Source of the DNA: a virus
Strand: one strand, 5' to 3'
DNA: 64,000 nucleotides
Virus record (IMG/VR): IMGVR_UViG_3300018059_000011
Location: 20,544-84,543 of that record
This document shows positions 1 through 8,248 of this stretch, in pieces (positions within the stretch are counted from its first letter, which is position 1; each line of letters opens with the position of its first letter). The position numbers and the translations under genes were made by a program. The notes beneath the pieces were generated by a model. The model did not search any database. It had not been told where the DNA came from and saw only the letters and a program-made list of their open reading frames with translations.

Positions 1-2
1 GC

Positions 3-140
3 GCGGGCGTTCGCCCCGGCTCCGCGAACGAGCGTCGTCCCGCGCAAGCGCGTCCGGTCGTGGACCAGAAGGAAATGACCGCCGCGCAGAAGATCGCCGC
101 CGGTTTGAAAGCTGGCGTCGCCGAGATGGGACGCCGGTAA
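3..140 (+). CDS. Capsid scaffolding protein, C-terminal fragment (truncated by window start)
   Basis: Frame ends KEMTAAQKIAAGLKAGVAEMGRR*; KIAAGL tail and position upstream of the capsid gene fit a scaffold protein. Confidence 0.65.
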   Translation, partial: AGVRPGSANERRPAQARPVVDQKEMTAAQKIAAGLKAGVAEMGRR

Positions 141-171
141 GAGCATCAAGAGTTCAGCGGGGGAGAGTAAG

Positions 172-200
172 AACGGGCGGCGGTGTCGCCCGTTTTTTTT
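172..200 (+). terminator. Rho-independent terminator
   Basis: AACGGGCG/CGCCCGTT stem followed by a T-run. Confidence 0.8.
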
Positions 201-213
201 AGGGGCATTGCTA

Positions 214-540
214 ATGGCCGACAGGAATAAAGCAGAGCGCGAGAAGCGCTATCGCAAGGAACTTCTTGCTAAAGACCCCGATGCTCTGAATCGTCTTAAT
301 CGAGCATCATTCAAGCGCCGACTCGAACAACAGGCTGGCCGTCCGCGTCCAGATGTGTGTGATATTTGTTCTAATTCCAATGACGACGACGCTCCTATGG
401 TGTTTGACCACGATCATGAAACTGGAAAATTTCGAGGGTGGGTTTGCAGCAAATGTAATTGGGCTTTGGGCCTTCTCAGGGACAACATCGAGATTGCATT
501 GAACATCGCGTTGTATCTTGAGCGAAGTCGCAGGGGTTGA
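214..540 (+). CDS. Endonuclease VII-like (His-Me finger) free-standing homing-type nuclease
   Basis: CDIC...DHDHETGKFRGWVCSKCNWALG motif; lower GC than neighbours. Confidence 0.88.
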   Translation: MADRNKAEREKRYRKELLAKDPDALNRLNRASFKRRLEQQAGRPRPDVCDICSNSNDDDAPMVFDHDHETGKFRGWVCSKCNWALGLLRDNIEIALNIALYLERSRRG

Positions 541-566
541 CTTATTAACTATGCTCATGTAAGGAT
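537..566 (+). promoter_or_regulatory. Putative late promoter for the capsid operon
   Basis: gggTTGACT-18bp-AAGGAT (TAAGGA with 17 bp also possible). Confidence 0.5.
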
Positions 567-733
567 AGAGTTGATCCAGGGAGTACGCGCGAGGCGGAAA
601 CGGGATCAACCGAAGGAAGATTTTCTACGGGAGAGCCGCAGAAAATCGCGATGAAGACGCCGAGAAGGCGATCCTTGAAAGCGATTTTGAGTTTTGTGGT
701 TCTGCATTCAAGTCCCAACCGTGGAGAAGACCG

Positions 734-1705
734 ATGGCTTCCGTTACCCTTCCTGAATCCGGCAAATTGGCCCAGAACGCGCTCATCGCGGGCGTGATCG
801 AGTCCGTGGTCACCGTGGACAACTTCTACGAAATCCTTCCGTTCGATGAGGTAGAGGGCAACGCCCTGGCCTACAATCGCGAAGCGACCCTGGCCCCTGT
901 GGCGACGGTCGGCGTGGGCGACACCGATGGTGACATCGGCGCAGGCGTTAGCTCCGGCTCCAACCAAGCCGAGCGTACCGCCGCGAAGGACGCCGCGACC
1001 TTCGACCAGATCACTTCGTCTCTCACGACCATCATGGGCGACGCCGAAATCAACGGGCTCATCCAGACGACTCGTTCGGGCGACAACGACCAGACCGCGA
1101 CGCAGATTGCGTCGAAGGCGAAGTCGGCTGGCCGCAAGTACCGCGACCTGCTCATCAACGGCGACGCGACGAACTATACGTTCGCCGGTTTGCTGGCCCT
1201 CTGCGCCGCGACTCAGAAGGTCAACACCGGGAACAACGGCGGCGCGCTGTCCTTCGAGTTCATGGACGCCCTGATCGACCAAGTGACCGACAAAGACGGT
1301 CAGGTGGACTATATCACCATGCCACGGCGCACCGTGCGTAGCTATTACGCTCTGCTCCGCGCGCTGGGTGGCGCCTCCATCAACGATGCGGTCGAGCTTC
1401 CTTCGGGCGCCGAAGTTCCGGCGTACCGGAAGATTCCGATCTTCTCGAACGACAACATTCCGACTACCCAGACGAAGGGCACGACCGCTGGAACGACCAC
1501 GACCATCATGGCCGGGACTTTGGACGATGGTTCCCGTCAGCACGGCATCGCCGGTCTGACCGCCGCTGGAAATGCCGGTATGCACGTTCAGGATGTCGGC
1601 GTCAGCCAGACGAAGGACGAGCACATCTGGCGCGTGATCTGGTACGTGGGTCTGGCCCTGTTCTCCGAACTCGGCTTGGCTGCGGCTCCGGGCATCACGA
1701 ACTAA
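734..1705 (+). CDS. Major capsid protein (YuA/phiJL001-like)
   Basis: MASVTLPESGKLAQNALIAGVIE N-terminus, WYVGLALFSELGLA C-terminus, GGAGA RBS, 323 aa. Confidence 0.92.
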   Translation: MASVTLPESGKLAQNALIAGVIESVVTVDNFYEILPFDEVEGNALAYNREATLAPVATVGVGDTDGDIGAGVSSGSNQAERTAAKDAATFDQITSSLTTIMGDAEINGLIQTTRSGDNDQTATQIASKAKSAGRKYRDLLINGDATNYTFAGLLALCAATQKVNTGNNGGALSFEFMDALIDQVTDKDGQVDYITMPRRTVRSYYALLRALGGASINDAVELPSGAEVPAYRKIPIFSNDNIPTTQTKGTTAGTTTTIMAGTLDDGSRQHGIAGLTAAGNAGMHVQDVGVSQTKDEHIWRVIWYVGLALFSELGLAAAPGITN

Positions 1706-1717
1706 GGGTTCATGCGA

Positions 1718-1741
1718 TGGGGCGGCTTCCAAGCCGCCCCA
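1718..1741. terminator. Strong hairpin after capsid gene (terminator or mRNA stabiliser)
   Basis: TGGGGCGGCTT-CC-AAGCCGCCCCA perfect inverted repeat. Confidence 0.6.
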
Positions 1742-1780
1742 AAGCAATCGACCTATTCTCTTACGAAGGGGTCCGCCCTC

Positions 1781-2803
1781 ATGCCTGCTTTCGTCATCCA
1801 ATTCCCCGATGAAAATTTCATGCCTGCACGCACGCTTGTCAATGGCGTCGAGGCTATGGTAGTTTTTGCCGCGACTTCCGCCGACGCAATCGCTTTCGCC
1901 AAGGCCCAGTCGGGCAACGATGTCGATTCGATGTGGGACAACGCCGATGTCACCGAAGTGGCGGCACCCGACGATCTCGCTGGTTTCACTTTGCGCGCAC
2001 AACTCTTCGCTCCTGACTCCGGCGGAACCCCGCTGGTCGATGAGAGCGCTTTCCCCGTAGTCGATGTCTCCATCCTTGTCGGCGACGCCGAATGGGAGAA
2101 GGCGGTCGGCACTCTCACGGGTGATACCGTCGCTACCCAAGTCGTATTGATTGGGACGACGTATTATCAGTTTGTGGACGACTCGACGCCTAATGCCGGA
2201 AATGGCACTGTCGGTACTCCCTATCTCGTCGATAATCTCGCGAGTGACACGGATGCTTTCGCCAATCTCGTAAAGGCGATCAATGCGACGGGTGTTGCCG
2301 GAACTACCTATTCCACTGGACTTGTCGCACACGCGACTGTTGAGGCGCTGACTTCCGATGCCACGACCCTGACCGTGCGGGCTCGTACTGGTGGTGCCGC
2401 TGGTGGTCTTATCGCGACAACGACCGGCGGTGATACCGACATCACTTGGGGCGCCACCACGCTTGAAGGCGGCCAGGACTTGTCCACCGTCGATTCGGTC
2501 GCTCTCGCGATGGCGGCTGCTCTGAATGCCACCGATGAGATCGCGGGTGCCTCCTACGACGATAGCGGTAATGTGCTGACTGTGGCCGAAACCACGGACA
2601 GCCTCGGCGATCACACGCTCGTCATCACGTTGACGCCGCCCGGCGCCCGCGATTCCGATGACGAAGACGGCGCCCCGTTGTCGCTTCCAGGCTTCTTCGG
2701 AGCGACAGTGGATGGCGGCTCCTCGGGAGATGCTGTCACCGTCGAATTTGGAGCCGATGACTACGATCTGCCAAAGTTCGTGGCCGGTTTCCAGCAGCTT
2801 TAA
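1781..2803 (+). CDS. Virion structural protein (putative head decoration) with inserted ~124-aa domain
   Basis: Starts MPAFVIQFP; paralog of 2819-3424 plus insert at 2102-2473. Confidence 0.75.
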   Translation: MPAFVIQFPDENFMPARTLVNGVEAMVVFAATSADAIAFAKAQSGNDVDSMWDNADVTEVAAPDDLAGFTLRAQLFAPDSGGTPLVDESAFPVVDVSILVGDAEWEKAVGTLTGDTVATQVVLIGTTYYQFVDDSTPNAGNGTVGTPYLVDNLASDTDAFANLVKAINATGVAGTTYSTGLVAHATVEALTSDATTLTVRARTGGAAGGLIATTTGGDTDITWGATTLEGGQDLSTVDSVALAMAAALNATDEIAGASYDDSGNVLTVAETTDSLGDHTLVITLTPPGARDSDDEDGAPLSLPGFFGATVDGGSSGDAVTVEFGADDYDLPKFVAGFQQL

Positions 2804-2818
2804 GAGAGGACTACTCTG

Positions 2819-3424
2819 ATGCCAGCCTATCTCGTTCAACTCCCAAGCGCCGAGGCTTCTCCAGGCCGCACGTTGGTCGATGGTGTGGACACGATGGTGG
2901 TCTTCGCCGCCGACGCCACTGATGCCAAGGCTGTTGCCAAGTCCCAGACCGATGGCGATCTCGAGGCGCTGTGGGATGCCGCCACGGTGACTGAGATTGT
3001 CGCCGGGGCCGACCTGATTGGATGGACGCTTCGCATCGCGATGTCCGACGCTGATGTCAATCCCGACACGGGCGTCAAGGACACGATCTTTGATCTTTCG
3101 GTGGTCGGCGCGGGCGCCAACAACACCATCGACGAGATCGCGGCCCTTATGGTCACCGCCCTGAACGCCACTGCCCCGATTGCTGGCGCGGCCTATGATT
3201 CCAGCGGCCAAGTCCTGAAGATCGCGGATGACTCCGACAATCTCGGTAAGAACACCGTCATCGTCGAGTGGTATCCGCCAAACGCGCAACAGAATGTTCC
3301 GGTCCCTGGTCTCGTGGTCTCGATTGCCGATGGCGCCGTGTCGGATGCTACCGATGTTACGGTCACGTTCGCCGCCGATGCTTTCGTGGTTCCGGCTTCT
3401 GCGGGGTCGTTCAAAGCCTCATAA
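2819..3424 (+). CDS. Virion structural protein (putative head decoration), paralog of upstream gene
   Basis: RTLVDGVDTMVVFAADATDAKAVAK matches RTLVNGVEAMVVFAATSADAIAFAK; GAGGA RBS. Confidence 0.75.
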   Translation: MPAYLVQLPSAEASPGRTLVDGVDTMVVFAADATDAKAVAKSQTDGDLEALWDAATVTEIVAGADLIGWTLRIAMSDADVNPDTGVKDTIFDLSVVGAGANNTIDEIAALMVTALNATAPIAGAAYDSSGQVLKIADDSDNLGKNTVIVEWYPPNAQQNVPVPGLVVSIADGAVSDATDVTVTFAADAFVVPASAGSFKAS

Positions 3425-3449
3425 GCCTTGCACATCGGGGAGGATGTAA

Positions 3450-4079
3450 ATGGCTGCCTACGTCAGAGTGACTTTTGTGCTTACCGGGCCTGATCGCGGT
3501 AAGACGAAGAAAGTCAAGCATTATTCATTCGTCAACGGCGAATGCACGGTGGATGTCCCACGCACGGGGCTTGCCCACGCGGCCAATTATCTGTCATACT
3601 TCGCTTCGTACCTCAAGGGATCGCCGGAGCATCTGGCGGACCTTGCGGCAAGTGAGGAAGCAGTCAATGGCGTACTCGGTAACGCTCCAGCGGGTGTTCA
3701 GGTCGGTGATGCTGACTTCGTACAAAGTCCTGAGCATCGACAGGCCGGGCCGGTTCCCGCCGCGCAAGATGTCAACGGCGGCGTCCCAGGAGATCGTGAG
3801 GAAGGGCGGGAGCGGGCTTCCGATTCCACCACAGGGCTTGGACCACAAGACTCCGGGCTGGCAGGGAAACACGCCGAACCTTCGGGGCTGAATGTAAGCC
3901 CGTTGTCTCGGGCGATCACGGCTCTCGATCCCGAAGTCGATACCAATTGGACAGAAGGCGGCTTGCCCGCCATTGCCGCGCTGGCCGCGTTCGACCCGTC
4001 GCTTACGCGCAGGGTCATCAATGAGGCGGCGCCGGGTTGGAATCGCGCCAAGGCGCGAGACGCCGCATCGCTTCTCTGA
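3450..4079 (+). CDS. Hypothetical head-region protein
   Basis: GGAGG RBS; C-terminal LDPEVDTNWTEGGLP helical motif; genome-typical codon bias. Confidence 0.65.
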   Translation: MAAYVRVTFVLTGPDRGKTKKVKHYSFVNGECTVDVPRTGLAHAANYLSYFASYLKGSPEHLADLAASEEAVNGVLGNAPAGVQVGDADFVQSPEHRQAGPVPAAQDVNGGVPGDREEGRERASDSTTGLGPQDSGLAGKHAEPSGLNVSPLSRAITALDPEVDTNWTEGGLPAIAALAAFDPSLTRRVINEAAPGWNRAKARDAASLL

Positions 4080-4086
4080 GCCGGGG

Positions 4087-4116
4087 TTGCGTACTCGACC
4101 CGGCATCGGATATACT
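4087..4116 (+). promoter_or_regulatory. Putative late promoter
   Basis: gggTTGCGT-18bp-TATACT in an intergenic gap. Confidence 0.6.
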
Positions 4117-4154
4117 CATCGAGTGACATGAACCATCCAATGGAGTGAACGACT

Positions 4155-4475
4155 ATGACCCAGACCATTTTTCTTGTGACCCGTTCGGCTGCCATCGGCG
4201 GACCACTGGTCAACGGCGTGGTCGCCATTCTCATCAACCTGCTCGACAGTTCCACCGATGCCGAAGTCATCGCCGCCGCAATCGCGCAAGCGAATAGGCA
4301 GGCGGGTGATACCGGCGCGAAGCCGTTTCCAGTGGCCGATGACGACGACAATGTGTCCGGGCATTATTTCGACACCGTGACCGTGATCGCCATCGGGTCG
4401 GCTCCGCTTAATGCTTCCACCGACGCCATCGTCATCGGATCGTTTGACGGCGCCGTCGAGATCGAGCAGGTCTAA
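4155..4475 (+). CDS. Small structural protein, possibly a distant paralog of the two decoration proteins
   Basis: GGAG RBS; LVNGVVAILI...DAEVIAAAIAQ resembles LVNGVEAMVV...DAIAFAKAQ. Confidence 0.6.
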   Translation: MTQTIFLVTRSAAIGGPLVNGVVAILINLLDSSTDAEVIAAAIAQANRQAGDTGAKPFPVADDDDNVSGHYFDTVTVIAIGSAPLNASTDAIVIGSFDGAVEIEQV

Positions 4476-4499
4476 TCCCCGCTGTCGTAACCGGCAGCC

Positions 4500-4534
4500 C
4501 CCGGCGGTCCACTGTGGCCGCCGGGTATCTCTTT
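4500..4534 (+). terminator. Putative terminator hairpin
   Basis: CCCGGCGGTC/GGCCGCCGGG stem then TATCTCTTT. Confidence 0.5.
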
Positions 4535-4551
4535 AGCCGGGAGATTCCGAC

Positions 4552-4704
4552 GTGGCCGCGAAGATGAAGTCCGAACGGCAGGTTCGTTTCCTGCTCAGCA
4601 AAGTCAGCCCCCTCACCAAGAATCAGAAGCACAAGCTGGTGACCGAGCTTCATAGCGGTGCGGTCAAGATCAAGCACACGCCGAGTAAGACACGAGGCAA
4701 GTAA
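4552..4704 (+). CDS. Small basic hypothetical protein (50 aa, below the ORF-track cutoff)
   Basis: GGGAGA RBS, GTG start, MAAKMKSERQVRFLLSKVSPL...; stop abuts the next ATG. Confidence 0.6.
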   Translation: MAAKMKSERQVRFLLSKVSPLTKNQKHKLVTELHSGAVKIKHTPSKTRGK

Positions 4705-5688
4705 ATGCCGATCCTCCTGGTGGTAGAAGATGGCGGCGGGAATCCCGACGCAAACTCCTATGCTTCGCTCGATGACGTTTCCAGTTACCACGAGATGCGC
4801 GGTAATGACGGCTGGCTGAGCGCGTTTTCGACGGCCACCGGCTTGCTCCTCTCCGACGCGAATTACGCCGATGGCGAGATCGTGGTCATTGGCACCAAGA
4901 CCTATACCTTCCAGGACACGCTTACGGATGTGGACGGCCACATTCAGGTCGGGTTGACCGAAGCCGCGTCTATCGCCAATTTGGCGGCGGCCATTAACGG
5001 CAATACCGGGGTTCCCGGCACAGACTATGCGGCCTCCAATACCCCAAGCACTGAAGTAACTGCGGTCGCAGCCGCGCATAAGTTGACGGTGACGGCTGTC
5101 ATCGCGGGATCGGATGCCAACTCCATCGTTTCCACTACCACGGCTGCGAACGCTTCCTGGGCCTTCAACACGTTGACAGGCGGTAGCGAAGAAGTTGCTA
5201 AGGCGTGCATTATCAAAGCCACCGACTACATTGAGAAGCGCTTCAGTGGGCGATTCCGGGGCACCCGGCAGACTGTCAGCCAAGGTCTTTCGTGGCCGCG
5301 CTTCAGCGCCCAGGACGAAGATGGATGGCTGATCGGTGGGATTCCGCCTCGGCTCATCAAGGCCGTCTCCGAGTACGCGCTCCGCGCAAAAATTTACAAT
5401 GTGCTGGCGCCCGATCCCACGCGGACGGCGCCGTCCCAGGACATGAGCACGAATCCGCCGACGCAGAGTTCGGAGGAGGTCGCGGCCACGCGCTTGAACT
5501 ACAAGCGGCAGAAGGTCGGGCCGTTGGAGCAAGAGCTTCATTATTCGGCGCTCGACGAAACCATCAAGCAGAAGAGTGGCGGCTCCGCGCTGATCGCGAT
5601 CACGTCGCTTCAAGAGTACCCGGAGGCCGATCTCATCATTGAGCATCTCCTCCGCAATCGGGGCGTTCGTCTCGTAAGAGGAGACTGA
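4705..5688 (+). CDS. Head-tail adaptor (family often labelled DnaT-like ssDNA-binding) with inserted domain
   Basis: VVEDGGGNPDANSY...KATDYIE...QGLSWPR motifs; insert at 4834-5184. Confidence 0.82.
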   Translation: MPILLVVEDGGGNPDANSYASLDDVSSYHEMRGNDGWLSAFSTATGLLLSDANYADGEIVVIGTKTYTFQDTLTDVDGHIQVGLTEAASIANLAAAINGNTGVPGTDYAASNTPSTEVTAVAAAHKLTVTAVIAGSDANSIVSTTTAANASWAFNTLTGGSEEVAKACIIKATDYIEKRFSGRFRGTRQTVSQGLSWPRFSAQDEDGWLIGGIPPRLIKAVSEYALRAKIYNVLAPDPTRTAPSQDMSTNPPTQSSEEVAATRLNYKRQKVGPLEQELHYSALDETIKQKSGGSALIAITSLQEYPEADLIIEHLLRNRGVRLVRGD

Positions 5689-5693
5689 GAGCG

Positions 5694-6242
5694 ATGGACC
5701 GGGTGTCTTGCCTTTACCGAATCACTTCTCCTTCCGGTAAGAGTTACATTGGAGTCACTCATCGTATTGCTCGTCGCTTGGTGGAGCATCGCTGCGCCAA
5801 ATCCCTTATTGGCAGCGCCCTTCGCAAATACGGGGATGAATGCAAAGTGGAAGTTCTGGTCGTTGGACCACCTGATTATATTCTGGGTTTGGAGCATTCG
5901 GCTATCGAAATTTTCGGGGCGCTTGCGCCAAACGGATACAATATCGCTATGGGTGGAATTGGGGGCGCGGGCTGTCCCTTGCATCCCGATCATAAGGCGA
6001 AGCTCTCGGAATCTCATAAGGGCGTACTTTTTACGTCAGAGCGTAAGGCCAATTTGTCTAGGGTGATGAATGCCCCGGAATATAAGACTCAGATGTCAGT
6101 TTTGAAAACCGGGAAAGCGCATTCTCCTGAAACTAAGGCCAAGATTGCGGCTTCGCGCATTGGCAAAATTCACTCACAACAGACCAAGGCCAAAATGTCG
6201 GTCTCTCAAGTTAACCGATTTTCGGCGGCGAGGGGTGACTAA
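5694..6242 (+). CDS. GIY-YIG homing endonuclease with NUMOD3-like repeats
   Basis: CLY...YIG, conserved R/E/N, HSPETKAKI repeats. Confidence 0.88.
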   Translation: MDRVSCLYRITSPSGKSYIGVTHRIARRLVEHRCAKSLIGSALRKYGDECKVEVLVVGPPDYILGLEHSAIEIFGALAPNGYNIAMGGIGGAGCPLHPDHKAKLSESHKGVLFTSERKANLSRVMNAPEYKTQMSVLKTGKAHSPETKAKIAASRIGKIHSQQTKAKMSVSQVNRFSAARGD

Positions 6243-6622
6243 TGTCGTCCTCATTTTACAGTCCGTTCGCTGGCTGGATCGCGGCGTTGATCGCCAAGAC
6301 TGGTCGCGAGGTCACGTTCGTGAAAACGTCGAGGACAGCAAGCGATAATGCGAAGCCTTGGCGCGCGGATAGCTCCAACGATGTGCGGGTAACGACAAAG
6401 GCCGTCATCATTCCGTTCGATGCCGAGGACGATCCGAGTTCGGTACGTCGTGGGAAGATGGTCTGCTATGTGAATGCGCCGCCATTCGATGCCGTGCTCC
6501 CCGCCAAGCCCGAGGACTTCAATACGATTGAGGACAACGGCGACATCTGGAACATTCGCAAGGTGATCGTCTACAATCCCGGTGACACTAGATTGCTGTA
6601 CGAACTCGATGTAGAAAAATGA
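6242..6622 (+). CDS. Head closure / head-tail joining protein
   Basis: LIAKTGREVTF...KPW...NPGDTRLLYEL pattern and synteny. Confidence 0.72.
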   Translation: MSSSFYSPFAGWIAALIAKTGREVTFVKTSRTASDNAKPWRADSSNDVRVTTKAVIIPFDAEDDPSSVRRGKMVCYVNAPPFDAVLPAKPEDFNTIEDNGDIWNIRKVIVYNPGDTRLLYELDVEK

Positions 6623-7176
6623 TTTTTCATCGCAAACTGCCTGCGGGCGTGGCTCTGGTTTACCACATTGTTTCTCCCTCCGGTCGCGGGTATATCGGGG
6701 TTACGGGGCATTTGCGCCTGCGTCTTTGGCAGCATTTGAACTCCGAAACTTTCCTCGGTTCGTCTCTTCGTAAATACGGACTGGACGCCCACGAGATCAA
6801 GATTCTTGCGGTATTGCCAACAGAAGAAGCCTTCGCTCTTGAAGAACGCGCTGTCCTGGCCTTTGGTACTCTGGCGCCTCATGGTATGAATTTGTATCTC
6901 GGCGGACTCGGAGGCGCTCGCGCTTTGAAGGGGCGGGTGCTCCCCGAATCGGAGCGAGAGAAGCATCGTGGTTGGCGCCATGATGAAGGCACAAAAATGG
7001 TAATCGCTGAACGCGCTCGTGAACAGTGGGCTCCCTTTGCGAAGCCCAAGAAGAACGGTAAACCGAAGTCGCCGGAGCACCGGGCGAAGTTGGCGGCGCA
7101 TTTGGCGACGATGCGAAACGACCCTGCGAGGCTTGCTGGCCTTCGGGCGATTCATGCCATGAGGAGGGTCGCATAA
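6619..7176 (+). CDS. GIY-YIG homing endonuclease with NUMOD3-like tail
   Basis: LVY...YIG...LEERA...GMN; KSPEHRAKL. Confidence 0.85.
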   Translation: MIFHRKLPAGVALVYHIVSPSGRGYIGVTGHLRLRLWQHLNSETFLGSSLRKYGLDAHEIKILAVLPTEEAFALEERAVLAFGTLAPHGMNLYLGGLGGARALKGRVLPESEREKHRGWRHDEGTKMVIAERAREQWAPFAKPKKNGKPKSPEHRAKLAAHLATMRNDPARLAGLRAIHAMRRVA

Positions 7177-7649
7177 TGCCGGTTCAAGACACAGGCGAGG
7201 CTCGCGACCTCATCATTGGCGTTGCCCAGGCAGCTATCAATACGCTGTCGCCGACGCCGAAGGTGCTGTACGCCGACAAGTCGGATGAAGTCCCGAAGGA
7301 CGGAGATACTTGGATTCGTGTCGCCGCCGTCCATTTTGCGGGCTATAAGGCGTCGCTCGGAAATGCTCAGGGCAAGTCTCGATTCCGCAATCGTGGCATC
7401 GTTCGCGTTGAGGTCCACACGCCGTTTGGCGACGGGTATACCCTGAGCGACCAAATCACAACCGTCATCAAGAACGCCTTCAGGAAACGCAGTTCGAGCG
7501 CCGATAAGGTCTCGTTCAGCAATGTTCTCTCCACGGAACAGCCCTATACCAGCAGGCCGGAATCCTCAGTTGTCGGGCCGGAAAAGGGCGATGGAAATTG
7601 GACCAGGGTGGACGTTACCGCAGAGTTCGATTACGCGGAAGTGGTATGA
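7176..7649 (+). CDS. Tail terminator / tail completion protein
   Basis: WIRVAAVH...SLG...RFRNRGIVRVEVHTPFGDG pattern; upstream of tail tube. Confidence 0.78.
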   Translation: MPVQDTGEARDLIIGVAQAAINTLSPTPKVLYADKSDEVPKDGDTWIRVAAVHFAGYKASLGNAQGKSRFRNRGIVRVEVHTPFGDGYTLSDQITTVIKNAFRKRSSSADKVSFSNVLSTEQPYTSRPESSVVGPEKGDGNWTRVDVTAEFDYAEVV

Positions 7650-8248
7650 GTATCTGCCTTTATCTTCTCACCTTTGCGAATGGCAAACAGTATATTGGTG
7701 TGTCCAGTGAAATGGACCGTCGTCTCAAAGAGCACAGCTTTCGTGATACTTTGGTAGGAAGGGCCTGGAGAAAATATGGGGCTCCAGCGATCAAAATCTT
7801 GCTGATCGGTGAGGACGATTTCATCTACGAGATGGAAAGAAAAGCCGTTAGTTCTTACGGCACGCTTTTCCCCGATGGTCTCAATTTGATGGAAGGTGGC
7901 AAGGGCGGGCGTCGTATGTCTGGCGCCACAAGAACTAAGATGGCGGTTAGCCACATCGGGGCGATTATGCCGGTGGAAGTTCGGGCTAAAATCGGCGCCG
8001 CAAAGACTGGTCATAAACGCGAGCCATTCGGGCCGGATTGGTGTGCTAAATTGAGTGAGGCCGCGCGCAAAAGCTCTGGATTTTCTGGCCGCTCCCATAG
8101 CCCAGAAACTAGGGCCAAGATGGCGGCATCTCAATTGAGGCGCAAGGCGAGATCGTCTAAGCTAGGGTTGACAGTAGACCAGGAAGCCGAGTATCCTTAC
8201 AGGGAGAAAGCCGGGCTTCCAGGCCAAGGACAGGGACCGATACCATGA
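7646..8248 (+). CDS. GIY-YIG homing endonuclease with NUMOD3-like repeats
   Basis: ATGA-overlap start; CLY...YIG...ME...GLN; HSPETRAKM. Confidence 0.85.
   Translation: MSICLYLLTFANGKQYIGVSSEMDRRLKEHSFRDTLVGRAWRKYGAPAIKILLIGEDDFIYEMERKAVSSYGTLFPDGLNLMEGGKGGRRMSGATRTKMAVSHIGAIMPVEVRAKIGAAKTGHKREPFGPDWCAKLSEAARKSSGFSGRSHSPETRAKMAASQLRRKARSSKLGLTVDQEAEYPYREKAGLPGQGQGPIP
8168..8197 (+). promoter_or_regulatory. Putative late promoter for the tail tube gene (inside the endonuclease 3' extension)
   Basis: gggTTGACA-18bp-TATCCT. Confidence 0.65.

Noticed and set aside
1712-1780. ORF-track N-terminal extension MRWGGFQAAP...
   Set aside because: Runs through the post-capsid hairpin; paralogy and RBS place the start at 1781
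545-3289. 914-aa minus-strand ORF
   Set aside because: Antisense shadow of the capsid and decoration genes caused by GC3-rich codon bias; no motifs
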